64,000 nucleotides of DNA from a bacterium (GCA_030699685.1 JAUYLJ010000068.1:8947-72946), one strand, 5' to 3'; positions 16,984 through 26,959 are shown, counted from the stretch's first letter. A program made the numbers and translations. The notes: a model not told the origin generated them from the letters alone.

Positions 16984-17409
16984 TTATTGTTTCGTCAATA
17001 TCGAAAAGAATGTTTCGAGATGGGCAAACGCTTCGTCAAGAGTCTGGTAGGATCGGGACTGAATGTTTGAATTTCCAAGCACCATCGGACTGGCGTGAGC
17101 GGATGTTCCTTCTCTATAGAGCGCCATGATTGGGATGTTTCGGCTTTCCGCCAAGCCGATCTCGTAACCGACTCCGATTGAAGGCGTGGAAATATCGGCT
17201 ACCAGCGCGTCGGCCTGCCGGACTAAACCAGAATCGTAATCGTAAATCTCTTGGTGTGTAAACTCGACTCTTCCTTTGTCCGTGATGGCCGGATCGCCCA
17301 CGAAATCGCTGAGAACCTGTCCGTAACTTCGCAAGTGCGTAATCAAGGCGCTGTAGATAGTGACATCCTGGCGGCCGCTTCGAATTGATCCGGCGAAATA
17401 TATTTTCAC
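16984..17409 (-). CDS. DNPH1/Rcl-like 2'-deoxynucleoside 5'-phosphate N-hydrolase (nucleoside 2-deoxyribosyltransferase family)
   Basis: VKIYFAGSIRSGRQDVTIYSALITHLRSYGQVLSDFV matches LYFCGSIRGGREDRTLYERIVSRLRRFGTVLTEHV of DNPH1. ADALVADISTPSIGVGYEIGLA matches ADVVVAEVTQPSLGVGYELGRA. Start set at GTG ~17409 because the track's upstream ATG overlaps the preceding gene by 120 bp. Confidence 0.8.
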   Translation of the reverse strand: MKIYFAGSIRSGRQDVTIYSALITHLRSYGQVLSDFVGDPAITDKGRVEFTHQEIYDYDSGLVRQADALVADISTPSIGVGYEIGLAESRNIPIMALYREGTSAHASPMVLGNSNIQSRSYQTLDEAFAHLETFFSILTKQ

Positions 17410-18077
17410 TATATCCGTATGCCAAAACTTTGGAATATCCCCAGCACTCCGTGGAGAATGCCAAAAACAATGCTCAGCCAGGCCATATAGCGGTGGTAGT
17501 AGCTCATCTTGACGATGGAGTTGTCCCATTTATCCGGTCCGGGTATCTTTCCTTTCCAGGGAACGGAACGGACGCACCAGGGCATGACGTAACAAGACAT
17601 GAAGTTCAAAATGAAGACCAGCGCGAACACATAGCCGGTCCAGGCCGTGAGGTTTTTGTCAAAAAGCAGGATGTTGGAGCGACCCGCGGATCCCGTCTTT
17701 TCTGTCCCAGGTTCACCCAGCCGTCCGACTACCTCGAAGCCGGCAAAGACTTCCGTGCCGTGCGGTGCTTCGGAAAGCGCCTGGGTCAGGTCTACCCCGG
17801 CCGCGTGGCCGAAGTGACTGCCTTCCTCAAACATTGCACTGTCGCTCACATCGTAAATCAATCCTTGGTAGGCGTAGTAGGCCGGCCGGCCATCCTGTCC
17901 GTCAAAGGCGCTCAGTTCTTCGTTGCTGAATGCTCGCAGGCTCTCTGTATCGATGGCTGATTCTTCATCAACCGCCGCGGCAATCACCGCGCTTGAGAGA
18001 AATACCGTGGCCATGAAAAGGTAGCCTACAAGAATCGCTTTTTTTGATGGTGGTAATTCCTTCCAGTATATTTTCAT
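17409..18077 (-). CDS. membrane protein with cytochrome b5-like haem/steroid-binding domain and C-terminal TM helices
   Basis: N-terminal signal-anchor, then FDGQDGRPAYYAYQGLIYDVSDSAMFEEGSHFGHAAGVDLTQAL (cyt-b5-like fold pattern), then three hydrophobic helices. Confidence 0.5.
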   Translation of the reverse strand: MKIYWKELPPSKKAILVGYLFMATVFLSSAVIAAAVDEESAIDTESLRAFSNEELSAFDGQDGRPAYYAYQGLIYDVSDSAMFEEGSHFGHAAGVDLTQALSEAPHGTEVFAGFEVVGRLGEPGTEKTGSAGRSNILLFDKNLTAWTGYVFALVFILNFMSCYVMPWCVRSVPWKGKIPGPDKWDNSIVKMSYYHRYMAWLSIVFGILHGVLGIFQSFGIRI

Positions 18078-18080
18078 GGT

Positions 18081-18932
18081 TTATTCCTTTGGGCCAAAGG
18101 GCTGAAGATAGACAACGGTCTCGTCTTCGGGCAGATCAAGCTCGTCCTTGACAGCGTCAGCGTCGTATCCTCCCATGACCACAGTGCCCAGGCCTAATGA
18201 CTCGGCTTCCAGGTAAAGGTTTTGGCCAATATGGCCGCTTTCCTGGTGGACGACTTTTAAACCCGAATCGCCAGGGAAAGAAGCCTGGACTTTGGCATAG
18301 ATGGCTCCATAGACCGCGACGGCTGGAGCGACGCGCAATTGAGCTTGTTGTTCTTCGCCTGTGAGGAGATCCACTTCGCTCTTAAGAAGCCGAATAGAGT
18401 GCGTCTCGGGAAGATAGTGGTACAATCCGGGGTCAATTCCTTCAACATCTCTGACTAATACGTAAAAATTAATCGGGTAAAGACTGCGAGCTGAAGGCGA
18501 AGTACGGCCGCCGCTTTCGGGATCGGTCACGCCCTGGCCGGCCCAGAGCATTTGGCCAAGCTGGGCTTGGGTAAGAGATGCATCCCCATACGCTCGGGCG
18601 CTGCGCCTCTGAGAGAGGGCTTGCTCAACCGACACGCTGCCCAAGCTTTGAGGAGAGGGGAGCGCGATTTCTTCACCAATGTAATTTTTCTCAATTGGAA
18701 CATATTCAGAACTCTCTTCCATAGCGGCTGAGTTTGTGTCGTTTTCTTCCTGAGTAGCCGGGGATTTCTGAAATTCATACGCGTAGAGTATCCAGCCGAC
18801 CGCAGCGATAATGAGTACGATAATCACGGTCATCCCTTGCGGACCGGTAAACATTTTGGGCGGTGGCGGAGGCCCGACTTGAGGGTTTGCGTCAGTCATG
18901 GGTACGGTATTTAGCGTATTAGTTTGAACCAA
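18081..18932 (-). CDS. membrane-anchored SagB-type dehydrogenase / nitroreductase-superfamily flavoprotein
   Basis: N-terminal Pro-rich segment and TM helix. Nitroreductase-fold motifs LSQRRSARAY...QLGQMLWAGQGVT, GGRTSPSARSLYPINFYVLV (PSaGgLYP-type), QESGHIGQNLYLEAESLGLGTVVMGGYD. Confidence 0.65.
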   Translation of the reverse strand: MVQTNTLNTVPMTDANPQVGPPPPPKMFTGPQGMTVIIVLIIAAVGWILYAYEFQKSPATQEENDTNSAAMEESSEYVPIEKNYIGEEIALPSPQSLGSVSVEQALSQRRSARAYGDASLTQAQLGQMLWAGQGVTDPESGGRTSPSARSLYPINFYVLVRDVEGIDPGLYHYLPETHSIRLLKSEVDLLTGEEQQAQLRVAPAVAVYGAIYAKVQASFPGDSGLKVVHQESGHIGQNLYLEAESLGLGTVVMGGYDADAVKDELDLPEDETVVYLQPFGPKE

Positions 18933-18955
18933 TTATAAACGAATATGCGATATGT

Positions 18956-19723
18956 TTAAAGCGATTGCTTGTCAGGTCCCCTCTGCTTCACCAAGCGGAG
19001 TTTGATCAATAAGGCCAACCGTAAGATGAATACCAGAAGCACAAAGGCTGTTAACAATAATGAAAAGGGGGGCAAAACGCTTGGCCGCTCAGTCAGCCAA
19101 ATCTCCCAGACCTCGTATCTTTTGATACCGTAGTGCAAAAGGGCTAAAAAATAGGCCAGATAACCCAGGCGGAGCAGCGGTCTCCAGCGCTGACCGTATC
19201 TTTTCATGCCGGCGGTGTTGGAGATTGAAGCCATGAATAGCAAAATAAGTAAGGCCGTCGCCCCAAAAAGAAAGGCGTACGCGTTATTTACCTGAAAACC
19301 AAACACCTCCCAGACATAGAGAGCGTCGTAGCGGCTTTGATCATTGGGAATGACGAAATACAGGAAGTAGGCGATCAATCCGTGCGCCAGAGCGTAAGCG
19401 AAACCGGTTATGCCTAGGTATTTGCGATAAATGATTTTCGTGTCGAAAAAATCCCAGAAGTAGCAGATTCCGCTGAGCGCAAAAGATAATCCGATCAGTA
19501 TTATGGCCGTGTCGGCTAACGCGGCATTAGCGTGGTTGATGGAATAATCCACGCCCCTGCCCAGCTGGTAGATGATCACGCCGGAGTAGGCGGCCGCACT
19601 CAGTAAAAATGAATTTCGCCATAAGTTCCAGCGCGCGGTGGGGCCTCTTTTTTTCAGTGCCTGGTCATACTTTTGTTGGGCTGTGGAATGACTGGATTCT
19701 GGAGCGGGGCTTTGTTGATCCAT
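18956..19723 (-). CDS. polytopic membrane protein, ferric-reductase-like / MsrQ-like haem-binding transmembrane domain (tentative)
   Basis: About 6 TM helices with conserved His in helices (YALAHGLIAYFLYF, LALLHYGIKRYE), similar to PF01794-type b-haem TM domains. Tentative. Confidence 0.4.
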   Translation of the reverse strand: MDQQSPAPESSHSTAQQKYDQALKKRGPTARWNLWRNSFLLSAAAYSGVIIYQLGRGVDYSINHANAALADTAIILIGLSFALSGICYFWDFFDTKIIYRKYLGITGFAYALAHGLIAYFLYFVIPNDQSRYDALYVWEVFGFQVNNAYAFLFGATALLILLFMASISNTAGMKRYGQRWRPLLRLGYLAYFLALLHYGIKRYEVWEIWLTERPSVLPPFSLLLTAFVLLVFILRLALLIKLRLVKQRGPDKQSL

Positions 19724-19733
19724 TCTGCTTATT

Positions 19734-20453
19734 TTATGATCCTGCTACAACTTTGGCGAAAAAGCCTACTAGATAGCCCACGATTAAAGCGACGCCGGCC
19801 AAGGTAAACATCCTCCAGCCTGATTTCAGCCAATTTTGCTTGGTGTATTTAGTGACGCCCACTCCCAGACCGAAGAGGCCGATCAAGGTAATAACAGATG
19901 AAACAGTGATGGCGTTTTGTGTTTCCAGTAGGAAGTAGGGGACGAGCGGAATTAAGCCGCCAATGGCGTAAGAAACAAACATGAAAATACCGTTTCGGAA
20001 CGGGTGAGAGATTTTCGATGGAAACACTTTCAGCTCCCGGTAAGCCATCTCCCTCAGCATCAGTTCGTTGTTCTTGGCAGCGGCCTCGGACATTTTTATC
20101 GCCAGTTCTTTCGGCCAGCCATCGTCGATAAACATCCGGACTATTTCCTCCTTTTCTTCTTCCGGATATTCTTCAATCTCTTTTCTTTCTTCGTGCAGTA
20201 CCCGCTGCTGGATATCACGTTCCGACAAGCTGGATGTATAGGAACCGATGGCCATGGAAATGGACTCGACTGAAATAATGGCAAACCCCGCTAACAGCAC
20301 CGTGAAATGATCCTGGCTGCCGACCGCCACGCCGGTGATCGCTCCAAGAGTCGAAACCATTCCGTCCTGCATGCCAAAAACCACTTCGCGGATATTCTCA
20401 ACGACGCTTCCTTCCTGCTGATGAATGTATTCTGGATTTCGCGGTACTTGCAT
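19734..20453 (-). CDS. VIT1/CCC1-family iron/manganese transporter
   Basis: NIREVVFGMQDGMVSTLGAITGVAVGS and MFIDDGWPKELAIKMSEAAAKN are VIT-family hallmarks. The track ORF extends to 20531; start at the internal Met (MQVPRN.., ~20453) is preferred to leave room for the divergent promoter. Confidence 0.7.
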   Translation of the reverse strand: MQVPRNPEYIHQQEGSVVENIREVVFGMQDGMVSTLGAITGVAVGSQDHFTVLLAGFAIISVESISMAIGSYTSSLSERDIQQRVLHEERKEIEEYPEEEKEEIVRMFIDDGWPKELAIKMSEAAAKNNELMLREMAYRELKVFPSKISHPFRNGIFMFVSYAIGGLIPLVPYFLLETQNAITVSSVITLIGLFGLGVGVTKYTKQNWLKSGWRMFTLAGVALIVGYLVGFFAKVVAGS

Positions 20454-20547
20454 AAATTTACCTCGTAATACTAGCGTAAATCGACAAAACGGGCAATAGT
20501 AAAGTGGCCGAATGACGCCCTCCTTCTTCAATGGTATTATATACTAT

Positions 20548-21363
20548 ATGGATTCCAACAATATCGTGGTAATGAAAATCGGCGGTAGCGTCATCACGCA
20601 AAAAAGCAGGGATCGATTAGTCATACGCCAGAAATTATTGCGGGACATTAGCCGGCAAATCCGCCAGGCCTTGGACAACCGGCAACACGGCCTAGTCTTG
20701 ATTCACGGCGCCGGTTCTCAGGGACACCACTTGGCGTTGAGTTATGGGCTCAAAAACGGTACGCGCCGAAGCGCGCGCAAGCTGACCGGCGCCAGAGTTT
20801 CAACCCTGGTGGATCAGCAACTTTCCATGACAATGACGGATATTTTGACAGAGAGCGAATTGCCCGTTGTGCCGCTCCATCCCTCATCCTTGGTATACGG
20901 AAAGAACGGCAATATTGATTCGGTATTCATGGATCCTATTTGCAAAGCGCTGGAGCTTGGGCAGATCCCGATGTTGCACGGCGACATGATGTATGACGCG
21001 AAACTTGGGATGTCCATTTGTTCAGGTGACGTATTGGCCGCCAAGCTGGCAAAAGCCCTGCGCTCATCCCGGATCCTCTTTGCCACTGATACTGACGGCT
21101 TGTATGATCGCGATCCCTTTCAGTATTCAGATGCCACGCTGATCCCCAAGATACGGCGAGAAGAGGTTTTACGGAGCCTCATAACTTTGGGCCAATCGCA
21201 CCATAAAGACGCGACAGAAGGCATGCGCGGCAAAGTACGTTCAGTATTGAAAGTAAAAAACCCGCGTTTGAAAGAAGTACAAATTTTCAATGGCACAAAA
21301 GCGCGAAATTACTTCCTGGCATTAAGCGGAAGAAAATTCAGATCCACCCGCATACTCTCCTAA
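20548..21363 (+). CDS. isopentenyl phosphate kinase-like (amino-acid-kinase fold)
   Basis: MKIGGSVITQK ... VLIHGAGSQGHH (compare IPK VLVHGGGSFGH) ... DGLYDRDP. Start set at the MDSNNIVVMKIGGS Met. Confidence 0.6.
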   Translation: MDSNNIVVMKIGGSVITQKSRDRLVIRQKLLRDISRQIRQALDNRQHGLVLIHGAGSQGHHLALSYGLKNGTRRSARKLTGARVSTLVDQQLSMTMTDILTESELPVVPLHPSSLVYGKNGNIDSVFMDPICKALELGQIPMLHGDMMYDAKLGMSICSGDVLAAKLAKALRSSRILFATDTDGLYDRDPFQYSDATLIPKIRREEVLRSLITLGQSHHKDATEGMRGKVRSVLKVKNPRLKEVQIFNGTKARNYFLALSGRKFRSTRILS

Positions 21364-21374
21364 ACAAAGAACGC

Positions 21375-21824
21375 TCACCTCAGGCAAGCGTTCGATTCAG
21401 GCCTACTTCTTCGGGCAAGCAGCTCATCCATGACCGGAGCGACTTCACGCCGCACGGAGTTCTGCAAAAGGTCCGGCGGCGATACCCAGCCCACCACCTC
21501 CACGTCACTGTCTTTGGACGTGAATTTGGCATCAGTTCTGCCGCAATAGCGGGCGGTGAAAACGATGGTGACTGTCAGGGGAATCACTGACCAGACGCCG
21601 AACAAGCGTAAGTCCTCGCACGGAAATTCCCCGCCCAGCTCCTCCTCCATCAGTCGTCGGAGGGTGTCACTGAAGTCCCGATCAATCTGAGGTTTCCAGG
21701 TTTCGAGGGGGAAGGAGAGCATGCCCGCGCGCTTCAGGATAACGGGTTTGTCCCGAAGCTCACGCACGACCATGATCTTGCCCTCCTGGTTAAAGAGCAG
21801 TAAGCCAACACCGGTGGTAATCAC
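21375..21824 (-). CDS. NUDIX-family hydrolase (tentative)
   Basis: Nudix-box-like FPLETWKPQIDRDFSDTLRRLMEEELG about 60 residues from the N-terminus. Confidence 0.45.
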   Translation of the reverse strand: MITTGVGLLLFNQEGKIMVVRELRDKPVILKRAGMLSFPLETWKPQIDRDFSDTLRRLMEEELGGEFPCEDLRLFGVWSVIPLTVTIVFTARYCGRTDAKFTSKDSDVEVVGWVSPPDLLQNSVRREVAPVMDELLARRSRPESNACLR

Positions 21825-21921
21825 GTCGCCTCCTTGCTATATCCGATAGCGGCACGTATCAAAGCTTCTTGTTATGTACCAAAAATAAACCGCTTTGGCA
21901 AGAGGCGCGGTTTATAAACTT

Positions 21922-22731
21922 TTAGACGCTCTTGATATCCCGCCGCGAAAAGAAGATCGATCCAGCCATTGAACACACGATAATCACTCCTAAGAAGACC
22001 CAAAAACCCTCTGGGCTGACTTCCTGGCGCACAAGCGCGTCACCCGGGTCAAAGTAATAGAAGAATGAAAGATATTTCACGTTGACCAGGGACTCTTTCA
22101 AGACCGATACGATGTTGAGGACATACATAGCGACAAGCACACCGCCGGTAATCATGTAGACCTTGCTTCTTTCGGAAAACAGTGCCGACAGCATCATGGC
22201 GATACTAAGAACGGCTAATCCAAACAAGAAAGCCGTGCCAGCCAAAATCAAATGGCTTTTGATAACGTATTCGACCCCATGAAGTTCGGAAAGCGGTATG
22301 ACGGCCAGCACGGTGAAAGCGAGAAATACAACAAACATCGCCGCCGAAGAAAGATAACGGCTCCAATAAAGCGTATTCCGAGATACAGGCCGAGCCAGTA
22401 GCATTTCCGAGGTGCCACGCTCGATCTCCCCGGCCAGGCTGGACCCGGCCATGGAAACCAGGAAGAAGAGCGTCAACAGAGGCCAGACAAAACTGTATTG
22501 CTCCGTGGACAGGAATTTCTCGATTGTGGAGAGGTCAAAGTCTTCAATCCCGAAAGCTTTCATAAAGCCCTCGGGGAAGGACTTGATGAATTCGTCCATG
22601 GACGCGGCCTGTTCGGAAAAGGTAGGAAACAGCGCCACATACATCCAGAGAAGCAGAACGCCGGAAAGTGAATACACAATCCAGGAAGTGCGGCGGTCTT
22701 TGAAATTTCGCAAAATTAGTGCCAACATCAT
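21922..22731 (-). CDS. ABC-2 type transporter permease
   Basis: Six hydrophobic segments. Translationally coupled (4 bp overlap) to the upstream ATPase gene. Confidence 0.6.
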   Translation of the reverse strand: MMLALILRNFKDRRTSWIVYSLSGVLLLWMYVALFPTFSEQAASMDEFIKSFPEGFMKAFGIEDFDLSTIEKFLSTEQYSFVWPLLTLFFLVSMAGSSLAGEIERGTSEMLLARPVSRNTLYWSRYLSSAAMFVVFLAFTVLAVIPLSELHGVEYVIKSHLILAGTAFLFGLAVLSIAMMLSALFSERSKVYMITGGVLVAMYVLNIVSVLKESLVNVKYLSFFYYFDPGDALVRQEVSPEGFWVFLGVIIVCSMAGSIFFSRRDIKSV

Positions 22732-23603
22732 GATTTCTGATAAAATTCTAGGAAGATGTCATCGAGAGAAGCCTGGGTGATGCGTAAGTTTTGCAGGTCG
22801 TATTTGGCCAGGGCCCGGATGAGGGGATCCAGATCGCCGGAAACGTTGAGCATCAAGGTTTTTTCCATCTGTTTAATCACGGTAATAGTGGGATCCTGAA
22901 AATCTTCTATCTTGTATGGGCTTTGGAAATAGATCTCGGCTTGATGAAGTCGTTTTTCTTTCAGGCTATTGATGCTTTCAATCGCCACCATTTTTCCTTG
23001 ACGGATAATGCCAACGCGGTCGCAAATCTTGTCCACTTCGGCCAAATTGTGCGAAGAGACAAAGACAGTGGCGCCTCGCTGGGTGGATTCGTGCAGCAGC
23101 TGATACACGGTATTCTGCAACAACGGATCCAGGCCGGTGGTAGGTTCATCGAGGATGAGGAGTTCGGGCTGAAGCATGAAGGCCATAATAATGCCCAGCT
23201 TCTGGCGGTTTCCCGATGAAAGCTGCTTTGTTTTCATCCTGGGATTGAAATCAAGCCGTGAGACCAATTCGTCAGCCTTGTCCGAGCGGGCGTTCATACT
23301 TCGGACAAAATCGATATGCTCTTGCCCCGTCCATTTATCGTAGAGCCTGACGTAGCCGGAAAGATAGCCGATCCGCTTTTTCAGTTCGACCGAGTCCTTG
23401 ACGCTGTCCTTGCCCAATATGGAAATGGCGCCGCTCGTCGGCCGCATGAAGTCCATCATTGTGCGGATGGTGGTGGTTTTACCGGCGCCGTTCGGACCAA
23501 GGAAACCAAAAATTTCTCCTGGCGCTACTTCGAAACTGATGCCGTCAACAGCTTTGACGGCACCGAAGTGCTTGGAGAGATCGTGTACTTCGATCGCGTT
23601 CAT
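22728..23603 (-). CDS. ABC transporter ATP-binding protein
   Basis: Walker A GPNGAGKTT, signature LSSGNRQKLGI, Walker B LLILDEPTTGLD. Confidence 0.9.
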   Translation of the reverse strand: MNAIEVHDLSKHFGAVKAVDGISFEVAPGEIFGFLGPNGAGKTTTIRTMMDFMRPTSGAISILGKDSVKDSVELKKRIGYLSGYVRLYDKWTGQEHIDFVRSMNARSDKADELVSRLDFNPRMKTKQLSSGNRQKLGIIMAFMLQPELLILDEPTTGLDPLLQNTVYQLLHESTQRGATVFVSSHNLAEVDKICDRVGIIRQGKMVAIESINSLKEKRLHQAEIYFQSPYKIEDFQDPTITVIKQMEKTLMLNVSGDLDPLIRALAKYDLQNLRITQASLDDIFLEFYQKS

Positions 23604-23701
23604 TGACTTAGGGTGAAAAATTCATCATAGTGAAGTGGTCCGGTTTTGCAGTATACACCCGGGCGAATCGATCATAAAGCTCAAAACAGTGTATAACTCC
23701 C

Positions 23702-24562
23702 ATGGAACGCGGGACTAATGTTTCCGTCATTATCGTCTCCTGGAGGGTGAAGGACCTGCTTCGCCGCTGCTTGGCTTCTATTAAAGAACAGACTAAGACC
23801 TGTTCGTACGAGATTTTCGTGGTTGATAATGCCTCAGGCGACGGGACAGCGGAGATGGTCAGGGATGAATTTCCTGAGGCTCAGCTGGTTGCCAACGAAC
23901 AGAACCTGGGTTTTGCCAAGGCCAACAACCAGGCCATCTCCCGGGCGAGAGGAGATGTTATATTGTTGTTAAACCCCGACACTGAATTGCGCGAAGACGC
24001 GATCGGGAAGACCTTTGACTTTATGCGCCATAAGCCTGAGATCGGCATTTGCGGCTGCGCGATCGTCAATTCCGACGGCAGTCCTCAGCCATCAGTCAGA
24101 AATTTTCCCAGCTGGTGGGCGATGGCTTATCTGCTGCTGAAGCTCCATGTGATCGCTCCCTGGTTTCCGCCTTTGCGAAAATATTTGGCGGTAAACCATG
24201 ATTACTCCCAGTCTTCCGAGGTGGATCAGGTGATGGGCGCTTTTTTCTGTATCCGCGGCCGGATGATCGACGTGATTGGCCCATTAGACGAGCGTTTTTT
24301 TATCTGGTTTGAAGAAGTTGATTATTGCCAACGGGCAAAAGCCGTCAGCTGGCAGGTCTGGTACTATGCCGATACCGCCGTGACGCACCACTCAGGGCAA
24401 AGCTTCAAACAGGCCCTGACTTTGAAAAAACAACTCATGTTTAACTCCAGCCTGCTCAAATATTTCCGTAAGCATCACTCTTTCGTGGGCACGGTCCTGC
24501 TAGCCACGCTGTATCCCGTCAGCCTGCTTCTAGCTCTGATTAGTCAATACGTGCGCCGATGA
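23702..24562 (+). CDS. family 2 glycosyltransferase
   Basis: VSVIIVSWRVKD...VVDNASGDGT...LNPDTEL...WFEEVDYC: GT2 DxD-type architecture. Paralogous to 32409..33239. Confidence 0.8.
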   Translation: MERGTNVSVIIVSWRVKDLLRRCLASIKEQTKTCSYEIFVVDNASGDGTAEMVRDEFPEAQLVANEQNLGFAKANNQAISRARGDVILLLNPDTELREDAIGKTFDFMRHKPEIGICGCAIVNSDGSPQPSVRNFPSWWAMAYLLLKLHVIAPWFPPLRKYLAVNHDYSQSSEVDQVMGAFFCIRGRMIDVIGPLDERFFIWFEEVDYCQRAKAVSWQVWYYADTAVTHHSGQSFKQALTLKKQLMFNSSLLKYFRKHHSFVGTVLLATLYPVSLLLALISQYVRR

Positions 24563-26067
24563 ATTTTTTCTCACTGGACAAAACATTCCGTTTGACGATT
24601 TGGATCTCTTTACTGGCCTTCCTTTTAAGCTGGCTGGTCTGGTATCAGCCGGGCGCCTCGACTATTGTTTTTTGGTTGATAGTGGCAACGGTGGTAATCT
24701 TCAGTTGGTGGAAACTCGAGCTCGGGCTGATGCTGGTGCTGGCTGAGCTTTGTATCGGCTCCAAAGGCTATCTCTTTTCCTGGACGCTGGCCGATTTGAC
24801 GATCTCAATCCGACTGGCAATATTCCTGACCGTCGTCCTGATTTGGGCGCTAAAATATTTCCGGCCGGGCAAGGTGGAATTCCGTTCCTCATCTTTCTTC
24901 TGGTGGTATATCGGCTTCCTGGCCGTCTATGTTGTTGGGCTGGGGCTGGGCTGGCTGAACTCTCATCCGGGCAAAGACATCTTTCTCGACGCCAATGGCT
25001 ATCTTTATTTTGGGTTGATCTTCCCCATCTATCACGTCATCCGGGACCGAGCCGGCATCAAGCGCCTGGTCAGTGTCATGCTGGGGGCTACCACAGCCCT
25101 GGGAATCAAAACTCTAGCACTGCTTTTTGCTTTTGCCGGCCAGTACAGCGTATTGCCCGAGCTGTATCGCTGGGCCCGCGATACCCGCCTGGATGAGATT
25201 ACCCTGATCACGCATAATGTCTACCGCGTCTTTTCACAGGCGCATATTTACGCTTTCTTTGTCAGCATCATCACGCTGGTGATTGGAACCTTACTTTTCC
25301 GCCAGCTGCAGAAGCGCGAAGAGCGCCTGCTTTGGGGCATGTTCCTGATCTCCACCCTGACCGTGCTGATCAGCTATTCACGCACTTTCTGGCTGTCGCT
25401 GGGCCTGACCCTGCTGGTCATTCTGGCCACTTTTGTCATTCGCTATCAGTTTACGGCGGCGAAGATGTCCCGCCTGATCGGTGTGCTATTATTAGTCGCG
25501 GTACTGGAAGCGGCGTTTGTGGTGTTGCTGGTCAATCTTCCGAATTGGCTGCGCAGCGGGGGAGGCGGCGCGGTCTCGCTAAGTTCGCTGGTGGAAGAAC
25601 GTCTGGGCGACACGGAGCAGGCCGGACTGCAAAGCCGGATGAAGCTGCTTGAGCCCCTTGCCAGCGGGATTATCCATCATCCCATCTTGGGCGTGGGCTT
25701 CGGCGGCACGGTCTCATATCAGACCGACGATCCGCGTATCGTGGCCGAGACCGGCGGGCTCTACACCACCTATTCTTTTGAATGGGGATATCTTGATATA
25801 TGGTACAAGCTCGGTTTCGTGGGCCTAGCTCTCTATATCCTTTTCCTTTGGCGCGTCGCCCAAAAAGGCCTGGCCGTCGTCAGGGACCGTGAAAGAGACA
25901 TATCAATATTTGCCCTCGCCTGGCTGATGGCTTTTCTAGGATTGGTCGTTATTCACATGACCACGCCCTACCTCAATCACCCGCTCGGTATCGGATTTGT
26001 CATGTTGTCGGCAGTAATTTTTGAGCGTCTCGGTGAACGGAATACGCGGGAGCACGATGCAGCCTAA
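24559..26067 (+). CDS. O-antigen ligase/polymerase-like polytopic membrane protein (Wzy/WaaL family)
   Basis: At least 10 TM helices with a large loop (LVEERLGDTEQAGLQSRMKLLEPL..GVGFGG) typical of O-antigen ligase-like proteins. Overlaps its flanking GT2 genes. Confidence 0.55.
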   Translation: MNFFSLDKTFRLTIWISLLAFLLSWLVWYQPGASTIVFWLIVATVVIFSWWKLELGLMLVLAELCIGSKGYLFSWTLADLTISIRLAIFLTVVLIWALKYFRPGKVEFRSSSFFWWYIGFLAVYVVGLGLGWLNSHPGKDIFLDANGYLYFGLIFPIYHVIRDRAGIKRLVSVMLGATTALGIKTLALLFAFAGQYSVLPELYRWARDTRLDEITLITHNVYRVFSQAHIYAFFVSIITLVIGTLLFRQLQKREERLLWGMFLISTLTVLISYSRTFWLSLGLTLLVILATFVIRYQFTAAKMSRLIGVLLLVAVLEAAFVVLLVNLPNWLRSGGGGAVSLSSLVEERLGDTEQAGLQSRMKLLEPLASGIIHHPILGVGFGGTVSYQTDDPRIVAETGGLYTTYSFEWGYLDIWYKLGFVGLALYILFLWRVAQKGLAVVRDRERDISIFALAWLMAFLGLVVIHMTTPYLNHPLGIGFVMLSAVIFERLGERNTREHDAA

Positions 26068-26959
26068 ATTGACAATCAGCCTCGTCACCTGGAACTCCAG
26101 TCAGGATTTGCCGAATTTTTTTGAATCGCTAAAAACACAAAGTTTCCAGGACTTCGAGCTGCTCGTGGTGGATAATCATTCTATCGATGATAGCCTAGAC
26201 AAGATTAAAGATCTCTATCCAGAAGCAACAATCTTGCCTCAGTCTAAAAATCTCGGCTACGGAGCGGCGCATAACATCGCTATTGCTCAATCAAAGAGTC
26301 CGTTTCACCTTGTGCTCAATGCCGATCTCAGACTGGGACCAGACTTCATCGCTCGTTTACTAGAAGCGATGGAGCAAGACGACAAAGCCGCGTCAGCTGG
26401 CGGGAAGCTGCTCAAACTGGGTGAGACAAGCCCCACGATAGACAGCGCCGGCCTAGAGATGCATCGAAGCCGGAGAGTGACTGACAGGGGAGAGGGTGAG
26501 CCGGATCAAGGGCAGTACGACTCTAAAGAAGAAATCTGGGGTATCAGCGGCGCGGCCTGTCTTTTCCGTAAATCCGCTCTTGAACAGGTGAAAGAAGGCG
26601 CGGGGGAGTATTATGACGCGCGATTTTTTATGTACAAAGAAGACGTGGACCTGGCCTGGCGTTTGCAAAAGGCCGGCTGGAAAAGTCTCTATGTCCCAAG
26701 CGCCGTCGCCTATCATCGGCGTTCGGCGTTCGGCCGGCAGGATGATCTGGCAGTGGCCGCCGCCCGGAAAGAGAAGTCAAAAATGATGAACTATTATTCC
26801 TATCGCAATCATCTGCTCACCCTTTTCAAAAACGAAACGACGCGTACTTTCTTGCCCCGAGCCCCTTGGATCATCTGGTACGAGCTGAAAAAGCTTGCGT
26901 ACCTTTTGTTTTTTGAGCCAAAGACGCTGAGGGCGTGGGGAGTTATTAAAAAGAAATAG
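26057..26959 (+). CDS. family 2 glycosyltransferase
   Basis: LTISLVTWNSSQDLPNFFESLKTQSFQDFELLVVDNHSIDDS...LNADLRL: GT2 family. Start set at the MQPKL Met. Confidence 0.75.
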   Translation: MQPKLTISLVTWNSSQDLPNFFESLKTQSFQDFELLVVDNHSIDDSLDKIKDLYPEATILPQSKNLGYGAAHNIAIAQSKSPFHLVLNADLRLGPDFIARLLEAMEQDDKAASAGGKLLKLGETSPTIDSAGLEMHRSRRVTDRGEGEPDQGQYDSKEEIWGISGAACLFRKSALEQVKEGAGEYYDARFFMYKEDVDLAWRLQKAGWKSLYVPSAVAYHRRSAFGRQDDLAVAAARKEKSKMMNYYSYRNHLLTLFKNETTRTFLPRAPWIIWYELKKLAYLLFFEPKTLRAWGVIKKK

